From contig OX597820.1 of the NCBI GenBank assembly GCA_951406725.2, forward strand, positions 79,236,001 through 79,300,000: a stretch of DNA of 64,000 nt, in the 5' to 3' direction. Both the position numbers and the translations under genes were made by a program. This DNA is from Octopus vulgaris (lineage: Eukaryota). Below the pieces are notes generated by a model. It had not been told where the DNA came from. It worked only from the letters and a program-made list of their open reading frames with translations, and did not search any database. Below are positions 54,430-64,000 of this stretch, one piece after another. Position 1 is the first letter of the stretch, and each line of letters opens with the position of its first letter.

Positions 54430-55690
54430 ATAACAATATAAATTTTAGTTCAAATAACAACACTAAATTGAGAAATTTAATTTTGCAGTGTAAGGGAGAT
54501 AACCATTCTTTAAGACCCCTTTTTTCATTGTAAAGGTACATCTAGGACTCTTAAAGATAATTACCCTAATAACAAGGTATGTCCTAGCAAAAATATTTGG
54601 TTGGTAATTCCATATGGTAAGCAGATCAAATCCAACCTCCCTTACTGGTTTCGCAAAGCTATCGATAAGAATTATCCAAAACATCAAGATACTATACCAT
54701 TATTAATTCACACTGAATTAGGATAAGGTTTTCAAATGCCAAAAACCTTTCACATAACAGTAAGTTGTTAAATACAAATCCACTTAATGAAAATAGTAAC
54801 GTTAACACTAACCATTCTTTGAATAACCATAGCAACAATATTAGTATTTCTGATATAAATTCCAGTTGCATATGTTTCCTTAGCAGTAATTCTAAGACTT
54901 GAAACTTTGTTTATCGATGTAATTACTTATGGTTCTGACGTCTTTTTTTATATAGGTACTTCTTCATCTCAGTTGTCCAAAATATTTTCTAATCATTACT
55001 CTACATTTAGACATATCAATAGCCATAACAATACTGGGCTTAGTAAATTAATTTGGTCTCTAAAGGAACATAACAAACAATTTGATTTGTTATGGAATAT
55101 TCTATCTAGATCCTTTCTGTATGATAAAGGTAAATCTTTTTATTCGCTCTTTAGCAACGAACTGTACTTCATCCTGTTCTCAGAGAATCCTCTTGTAAAC
55201 ACATTTAAAGAACATGTTTATCATTGCAAATATTGGTAAAAACATACCTTTAGTTCCTATAAGTGATTTCTACCAATCTGTAAAATTCGACCTTTAACAG
55301 TCTTCTTACATTTCACTTTCACTAAATATATCTATTTCCATGCCTTTAATCTTTATTCCTATTCACCTATCGCACTATATTTCTCCACTTTTAATTTTCT
55401 GCTAATTTCTTTCTTCCCCCTCCTTCTCTTTCTATGAATTGCCTTTGACATTATATGTATTATTGCTTTTTTTTTAATAACTTACCAGCATTCCCTTCAT
55501 CATATATGCAGTAATTACATTCAGTTAAAATGTCTTATTGAAGCGTTTTGTTTCTCTTTTTTCCCTGATGAGAAGATTGCATTGTTTTACATCATTTTAT
55601 TCCTTCTGGAATAATACAAATGTTTTCTTCGAAACATATGTTGGAAGTATAAAGATTTGAATAACACCTGTGTTTAATTCTATTTATTTA
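54430..55690 (+). mobile_element. 5'-truncated, decayed Penelope-like element (linker, GIY-YIG endonuclease, terminal hammerhead)
   Basis: NIWLVIPYGKQIKSNLPYWFRKAIDKNYPKH (PLE IIWFNPPY-like linker); YIGTSS...FSNHYSTFRH...NTGLSKLIWSLKE...WNIL...ELYFILF...LVN (PLE GIY-YIG); hammerhead at 55561-55646. Confidence 0.82.
55561..55646 (+). ncRNA. Minimal type I hammerhead ribozyme motif
   Basis: Stem I ttcc/ggaa, CUGAUGA, stem II gaaga/tcttc, GAAA, palindromic stem III ACAUAUGU, cleavage triplet GUU. Confidence 0.7.
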
Positions 55691-55702
55691 TTTTTCTCTC
55701 TC

Positions 55703-55745
<43 letters not shown>

Positions 55746-56283
55746 ACACACACACACATATATATGGAAGTATATATATCATCATCATCATCATCATCAT
55801 TTAGCGTCCGTTTTCCATGCTAGCATGGGTTGGACGGTTCAACTGGGGTCTGGGGAGCCCGAAGGCTGCACCAGGCCAGTCAGATCTGGCAGTGTTTCTA
55901 CAGCTGGATGCCCTTCCTAACGCCAACCACTCCGAGAGTGTAGTGGGTGATTTTATGTGCCACCGACACAGGTGCCAGACGAGGCTGGCGAACGGCCACG
56001 CTCGGATGGTGTTTTTATGTGCCACCGACACAGGTGCCAGACGAGGCTGGCAGACGGCCACGCTCGGATGGTGTTTTTATGTGCCACCGACACAGGTGCC
56101 AGATGAGGCTGGCGGACGGCCACGATCGGATGGTGTTTGTTACGTCCCCAAAGCACGGAGGCCAGTCTAGGGGGACGTAACAAACACCATCCGATCGTGG
56201 CCGTCCGCCAGCCTCATCTGGCACCTGTGTCGGTGGCATATATATATATATATAGGTACATATGTATACATATAGATATATGT

Positions 56284-56364
<81 letters not shown>

Positions 56365-56365
<1 letters not shown>

Positions 56366-57200
56366 TCATGATCATCGTTTAACGTCCGTTTTCCATGCTA
56401 GCATTTGTTGGACGGTTCGACCAGGGTCTGGGAAGCCAGTCAGGCGGCGCTGGCACCAACCAAGTTCAGCTGGTGCTTTTTACGTGCCACCAGCATGGGA
56501 ATCTTAACTACAATTTCCATTTGATTTTTATTTTGATGTTGGTGTTGATGTACTTGACTCAATAGGTCTCCTCAAGAACAGCGGGTCACTCTACGATCCA
56601 AGGTTAGCACAGAAGGCCATCCTGTGAGCCATGAACTCACTTCATTTGCCGGGTCTTCACAGTCACAGCATATCTCAGGTCTTGGTCTTTCGTCATTTCC
56701 TCTGTGAGGCCCAACGTGCCACTGGCATGGGTATCAATCCTACAATATCCATTCGATTTTTATTTTAATGTTGATCTACTTGACTCAATAGGTCTCCTCT
56801 AGCACAGCAGGTTGCCCTACGAACCAAGGTTAGCACAGCACAGCAGGCCGTCCTGCGAGCCATGAACCCACTTCCTTTGTCGAGTCTTCGAAGTCACAGC
56901 ATATCTCCAGAGGTCTCGGTTTTTTGTCATAGCTTCTGTGAAGCCCAACGTACGAAGGTCATGCTTGACCACCTTGTCCCATGCCTTCCTGGGTCTACCT
57001 CCACCCTGGATTCCTTCAACAGTTTGGGAGTGGCACTTCTTCACACATCTCTCCTCATCCATCCATAGTACATGACCATACCAATGCAGACATCTCTCCT
57101 GCATGCCACATCCAATGCTTCTTATGTCCAACATTTCACTCAGGGCATTTGCATTCTGTCGTGCATGGACACTGACATTACACATCCAGTAGATCATGCT
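56365..57200 (-). mobile_element. 5'-truncated RTE-clade LINE
   Basis: MIYWMCNVS...MQERCLHWYGHVLWM...GRPRKAWDKVVKHDL, followed by 3' UTR and (GAT)n tail; same family as 16330-17303. Confidence 0.88.
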
Positions 57201-58188
57201 GTATGTATGTATGTATGTATGTATGTATGTATGTATGTATGTATGTATGTATGTATGTATGTATGTATGTATGTATGTATGTATGTATGTATGTATGTAT
57301 GTATGTATGTATGTATGTATGTATGTATGTATGTATGTATGTATGTATGTATGTATGTATGTATGTATGTATGTATGTATGTATGTATGTATGTATGTAT
57401 GTATGTATGTATGTATGTATGTATGTATGTATGTATGTATGTATGTATGTATGTATGTATGTATGTATGTATGTATGTATGTATGTATGTATGTATGTAT
57501 GTATGTATGTATGTATGTATGTATGTATGTATGTATGTATGTATGTATGTATGTATGTATGTATGTATGTATGTATGTATGTATGTATGTATGTATGTAT
57601 GTATGTATGTATGTATGTATGTATGTATGTATGTATGTATGTATGTATGTATGTATGTATGTATGTATGTATGTATGTATGTATGTATGTATGTATGTAT
57701 GTATGTATGTATGTATGTATGTATGTATGTATGTATGTATGTATGTATGTATGTATGTATGTATGTATGTATGTATGTATGTATGTATGTATGTATGTAT
57801 GTATGTATGTATGTATGTATGTATGTATGTATGTATGTATGTATGTATGTATGTATGTATGTATGTATGTATGTATGTATGTATGTATGTATGTATGTAT
57901 GTATGTATGTATGTATGTATGTATGTATGTATGTATGTATGTATGTATGTATGTATGTATGTATGTATGTATGTATGTATGTATGTATGTATGTATGTAT
58001 GTATGTATGTATGTATGTATGTATGTATGTATGTATGTATGTATGTATGTATGTATGTATGTATGTATGTATGTATGTATGTATGTATGTATGTATGTAT
58101 GATGTATGTATGTATGTATGTATGTATGTATGTATGTATGTATGCATGCATGCATGCATGCATGCATGCATGCATGCATGCATGCATG
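57200..58188. repeat. ~940-bp (TATG)n array followed by (CATG)n
   Basis: Direct inspection; single interruption near 58102. Confidence 0.95.
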
Positions 58189-58844
58189 CTGGCAGAAACG
58201 TTAGCGCATCGGGTGAAATGCTTAGTAATATTTCGTCTGTCGTTACGTTCTGAGTTCAAATTCTGCCGAGGTTGACTTTGCCTTTCATCCTTTCGGGGTC
58301 GATAAATAAAGTATCAGTCTCGCACTGGGGTTGATGTAATCAACTTAATCCCTTTGTCTGTCCTTGTTTGTTCCCTCTATGTTTAGCCCCTTGTGGGTAG
58401 TAAAGAAATATATATGTATGCATGCAAGTATGGCTATGTGATTACGAAGTTTATTTCCCAACAACATGGTTTCAGGTTCAGTCTCACTGTGCAGCACCTT
58501 GAACAAGTGTCTTCCACTACAGCCCTGGGTTAACCGAAGCCTAGAGTGGATTTGGTAGACAGAAACTGAAAGATATCCATTGTGTATCAGCATGGCCACA
58601 GCTCGTGAGCTAAAACTAGATAAAATAATATATATATAAATATATATGGGTGTGTGTGTTTGCATGTGTGTGTGTGTGTGTGTGAACAGTGTATATTTGT
58701 GTCTCCTTGTTTTGACATTGTGTGACTACTGTACTTCTTGGAAACAGATGAAGGTTGGCAGCAGGAGGGGCATCTGGCTGTAGAAAATCTTCCTCAACAA
58801 AACCATCTGACTCATGCAAGCAGGGAAAAATGAACTTCCAAATG

Positions 58845-59403
58845 ATCAGACACACACACATGCATACATACACACACATATATATATATACATGCATTCA
58901 TACACATGGACATACATATATACACATACTATATGTCTATCTATCAATGTATCTATCTATAAATATATACACACACATACATGCATACATACACATATAC
59001 ATATTCATGCATTCATACACTCCCACATACATATACATACACATAGACACACATACATACACACACTATACATCTATCTATCTATCTATAAATACACACA
59101 CATACCCACACACACAATCTTAGCTACTCTAGGAACAAGGCCCAAAATTTTTGGAGAGGGCGTAAGTTGATTAGATCAACCCCAGTACGCAACTGGTATT
59201 AAATTAATTGAGCCTGAAAGGACGTAAAGCAAAGTTGACCTCAACGGAATTTGAACTTAGAACGTAAAGACATTTTGCTAAGCATTTCGCCCAGTGTGCT
59301 AACATTTCTGCCAGCTCACCGCCTTACACACATATATATATATATAACATTACACACATGCACACCACACACACAAACATATGCATATGTGTCCAACTAT
59401 CTA

Positions 59404-59442
<39 letters not shown>

Positions 59443-60149
59443 CTGTCTGAATGAATCTAAATCCACATGGACTAATTAAATACTAAACTTCAAAATGATC
59501 ACACACACACACATGCATACATACACACACACATATATATACATGCATTCATACACATAGATACACATATATACACATACTGTATGTCTATCAATGTATC
59601 TATCTATAAATATATATACACACACACACACATGCATACATACACATGCATACATACACATATACATGTATACTTACATGCCCACATACATATACATGCA
59701 TACATACACATAGACACACACTATACATATATCTATCAATCTATCTATCTGACTATAAATACACACATACACACACAATCTTTTCTAATCTAGGCACAAG
59801 GCATGAAATTTGGGGTGGGAGCAGTCAATTAGATCAACCCCAGTATGCAACTGGTACTTTATTTATCGACTCTGAAAGGATGAAAGGCAAAGTCGACCTC
59901 GGCGGAATTTGAACTCAGAACATAAAGACAGATGAAATACTGCTAAGCATTTCGCCCGGCGTGCTAACGATTCTGCCAGCTCACCACCTTACACACACAC
60001 ATATATAACATTACACACATGCATATATTTATGCATACATACATACACAAATATATGCATATGTGTCCAACTATCTATATATGTGTGTGTGTGTGTGTGT
60101 GTGCCTGTCTGAATGAGTCTAAATCCACATGGACTAATTAAATACTAAA
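58845..60149. repeat. Direct tandem duplication, ~650-bp unit (microsatellite + SINE + unique tail)
   Basis: Units ~58845-59487 and ~59497-60149 both end gcctgtctgaatga-tctaaatccacatggactaattaaatactaaa. Confidence 0.85.
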
Positions 60150-62009
60150 TTATATCTATTTTAATAATGAACTGCAGTACTTTGCTCTGATACAAAAAAA
60201 TCTGTCTGGTGATGATGGCTATTAAATATCAATACCTTCAGATAACACACCAGATAAGTTCTTTTTATCAATTTAAATTCCACCACCACCACCACTGCCG
60301 CCACTGCCACCACCACCACCGCCGCCGCTGCCACCACCATCATCATCATTACAGTAATTTGTCTTTTTTGCTCTTCCTTCTCCTCTTCCTCTTTCTTATT
60401 TCTCCTCTGTTAATGATCGTTTTCATTCTCCTCCAGATATTATTTAGCTCTAGATTGTATGTGTGTGTGTGCATGTATGTGTATATGTGTCTGTGTGTGT
60501 ATGTGTATACAATATATGTGGAGGCACAATGGCCCAGAAGTTAGAGCAGCGAACTCGCGGTTGTAGGATAGCGGTTTTGATTCCCAGAACAGGCATTGTG
60601 AATGTTTATTGAGTGAAAACACCTAAAGCTCCATGAGGCTCCGGCAGGGGATGTGGAGTGGCCGTCCCTGCTGTACTCTTTCACCACAACTTTCTATCAC
60701 TCCTTCTTCCTGTTTCTGTTGTACCTGTATTTCAAAGGGCCAGCCTTGTCACACTCTGTGTCACACTGAATCTCCCTGAGAACTATGTTATGGGTACACG
60801 TGTATGTGGAGTGCTCAGTTTCTTACACGTTAATTTCAAGAGCAGGCTGTTCCATTGATTGGATCAACTGGAACTCTTGTCGTCATGAATATAGGTCATA
60901 GATACATACATATATACATACATACATACATAAATCAACCCCAGGACTTATTCTTTGTAAGCCTAGTACTTATTCTATCAGTCTCTTTTGCTGAACTGCA
61001 AAGTTACCAGGAACGTAAACACACCAGCATCGGTTGTCAAGTGATGGTGGGGGTGACAAACACAGACACACAAGCATATGCACATACACATACACACAAA
61101 CACACACACATATGTATATATACGCCAGGCTTCTTTCAGTTTCTGTCTACCAAATCCACTCACAAGCCTTTGCTCAGTCTGAGGCTATAGTAGAAGACAC
61201 TTGCCCAAGGCACCATGAAGTGGGACTGAACCCGAAACCATGTGGTTGGTAAGCAAGCTACTTACCACACAGCCATTACATATCATGCACACAGAGTATG
61301 CTTCTTTCAGTTTCCATCTACCAAATTTACTAAGCCTGTAGCCAGCTTGGAACTATAGAGGAGAACACTTGCTCAAAGTGCCATGCAGTGGGACTGCCAT
61401 GCCTTTTCCAAAGATCAAAAGAGATCCTTGTAGAAGAAAGAAAAATCTGAAGAGATTGGCAAGAACAGGAAGTTCTGGGTGTACCGTTTTTTGAGGGAAA
61501 TACATCATTAAGGATCTGTGGCATTGTTAGTTTGAGGTGGAAGGAAGTATTTCTATATTTTGTATAATTTGAATGGCAGGCAATCTGTCACAGGGTGGTT
61601 ACTTATTTACAGCTGAGTGGACTGGGCCAACAAAAAATGAAGTCCTTTGCTCAAGAACATAATGCACCACCTGGTCCAGGAATTGAAACAAAGAGTTGGT
61701 GATTGTGAGTACAACACCCTATCCACTAAGCCATGCGTCTTCCTGATCCGAAACCACCCAACTAAAAATGGATGGGGTGAGTATCACAGGTGTCATCTAG
61801 TAAATTGTGATATCAGATTTAGAATCTAAAAATCTATATAAGATACAGGCATGGCTTCCCAATCACATGGATCCAGGTTCAGTTCCACTGTGTGGCACCT
61901 TGGGCAAATGTCTTCTAACATAGCCTTGAGCTAACCAACGCCCTGTGGGTGAATTTGGTGGATAGAAACTGAAAGAAGCCTGTCACACACACACACACAC
62001 ACATATATA

Positions 62010-62462
62010 TGATGGCCATCCACTCATGACTGAATAAGACCATTGCTGACCTTCAGGAACATTGTGTGCTCTAGAACTAACTAATATTTTGCATTTCCAG
62101 CTCCGTTGGTGGCTAATGAACCCTGCTCTTGACAAACATACACAACTACAAACATTGCAAACCAAGCTTTCCCCATTCACTATACCAGCAGTGTGCTTTT
62201 GAGCAGCACACCTAAATTCTTCATGCTGAACACAGGCCCTCTCAAAAGTGTTGACCCCTCCATAACCTGCTTTCTCTATCTGTGGCAATGACAGGCATTG
62301 CTCTCCCAGTCAGTCTCCTGCATATCACAGGCCTTTAATGAGAACTTGACACAGTCCTTAAATTGCAGCCTTGGTTTTCTGCCAGGTTCTTTTTCCATTC
62401 ACAAGTTCTGCATATAGCATCTTCTTAGGAATCCTGCTATCCTTCATTCAAATAAAGTGTCC
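62010..62462 (-). mobile_element. RTE-type LINE 3' end with C-terminal CCHH zinc finger
   Basis: GHFI*MKDSRIPKKMLYAEL..GKR...PRLQFKDCVK...CNVCSCVCLSRAGFISHQRS. Confidence 0.78.
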
Positions 62463-62932
62463 ATCCATCCATCTAACCACCCATCCATCCATCCATCCAT
62501 ACACACATACAATAATAAGTTCCAAAAATTAAACAGAAGCACAACAAAGAAATAAACAGAAAATCAAAACACAAGAGACAGATGTTGCTCTTTCCTTGTC
62601 TGTTATCATCCCCAAAATCCTTGCAATTCCATGCCTTTAATGATGGTATTGTTCATTTTTGGTAGCATCAATAGTGAGCAGCTGCTAGGAATAATGTGCA
62701 TATGTTGGAGGACAGTGACAGAAACAAACACAACACAAATATGAATATACAAATAAAATAAATATGTGGCTGTGTGGTAAGAAGCTTGCCTCCTAGACGC
62801 ATGGTTCCGAGTTCAGTCTCACTGTTTGGCTTGTTGGGCAAATGTCTTCAGCTATAGCCTCAGGTCGATCAAAGCCTTGTGAGTAGATTTTCTAAACAGA
62901 AACTAGAAGAAGCCTGTTGAATATTTATATAT

Positions 62933-62992
<60 letters not shown>

Positions 62993-63438
62993 ATGTGTGT
63001 CTGTGTTTGTTTCCTCACCATTGCTTGACAACCAATGTTGGTGTGTTTACATCCTTGTAACTTAGTGGTTTGGCGAAAGAGACAGATAGAATAAGTACTA
63101 GACTTAAAAAATAAGCCCTCGGGTCAATTTGTCCGATTAAAAACCCTTTAAGGCAGTGCTCCAGCATGGCCACAGTCAAAAAGAATGAAAGAATAAAATA
63201 AATATACCAAGAAAATAAGGCCATGTGGCTCTAAGAGGAAATGAATGCAAAGGAAAGAAAAATATCCTACATGATGTGGGAAGGATCTTTGGAGTGGCTG
63301 TATGGTAAGTAGCTTGCTTCCCAAACACATGGTTCCAGGTTCAGTCACACTGCATAGCACCTACATCTTCTACTGTAGCCTCGAGCCCACCAAAGCCTTG
63401 TGGATGGATTTGGTAGACAGAAACTGAAAGAAGCTTGT

Positions 63439-63488
<50 letters not shown>

Positions 63489-64000
63489 TATACATACATA
63501 TATATGTATATGCATGTATGTGTGTATGTTTGTGTGTCAGTGTTTGTCCCCCCAACATTGCTTGAGAACTGAAGGTGGTGTGTTTATGTCCCTGCAACCT
63601 AGCAGTTCGGCAAAAGAATCCAATAGAATAAGTACCAGGCTTACAAAGAATAAGTCCTGGGATCAATTTGTTTGACTAAAAGTGACGCTCCAGCATGGTC
63701 ACAGTCAAATGACTGAAACAAGTAAAAGAATATCTAACCTTCGGCTTTTACTATAGCCCCTGGACTAACCAAAACCTTGTGACTGGATTTGGTTGATGGA
63801 TATTGAAAGAAACCTGTCATATGTATATATGTGTATATGTATGAGCACGTGCGAATGTATGTGAGTTCCTTTGTGATGGTTGTAAACAAACATCACCCTC
63901 ATACAAGCAGTGTTGTTTGTTTCCAGTCTTCCATGAAGTGTCTTCTATATAACCATGGTTTTCATGGCACATATATTTCCCCTTGGATGGGATGCCAGTC

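Overview
AT-rich, repeat-dense eukaryotic genomic DNA. The SINE/LINE/microsatellite make-up looks like a coleoid cephalopod, probably Octopus (inference). The window lies inside one large minus-strand gene. Nine phase-compatible GT-AG exons between 51062 and ~8494 splice into about 340 aa that I recognise as the central part of a DCDC1/DCDC5-type doublecortin-domain protein; the start and end of the gene were not found here. The introns hold tRNA-derived SINEs, RTE/L1-Tx1/CRE LINE fragments, a truncated Penelope-like element (PLE) with a GIY-YIG remnant, Tc1/mariner/pogo/piggyBac-type MITEs, Helitrons and very long microsatellites. Most ORFs in the supplied track are repeat artefacts. The most interesting signal is a set of minimal hammerhead-ribozyme motifs from three families. 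One family sits in a tRNA-headed SINE-like element that inserts as head-to-head pairs flanked by target-site duplications, suggesting a PLE-mobilised ribozyme SINE. Two intronic hairpins fold better on the host-gene strand and are miRNA/ADAR candidates. Exon coordinates were counted by hand; repeat boundaries are approximate and no database searches were run.
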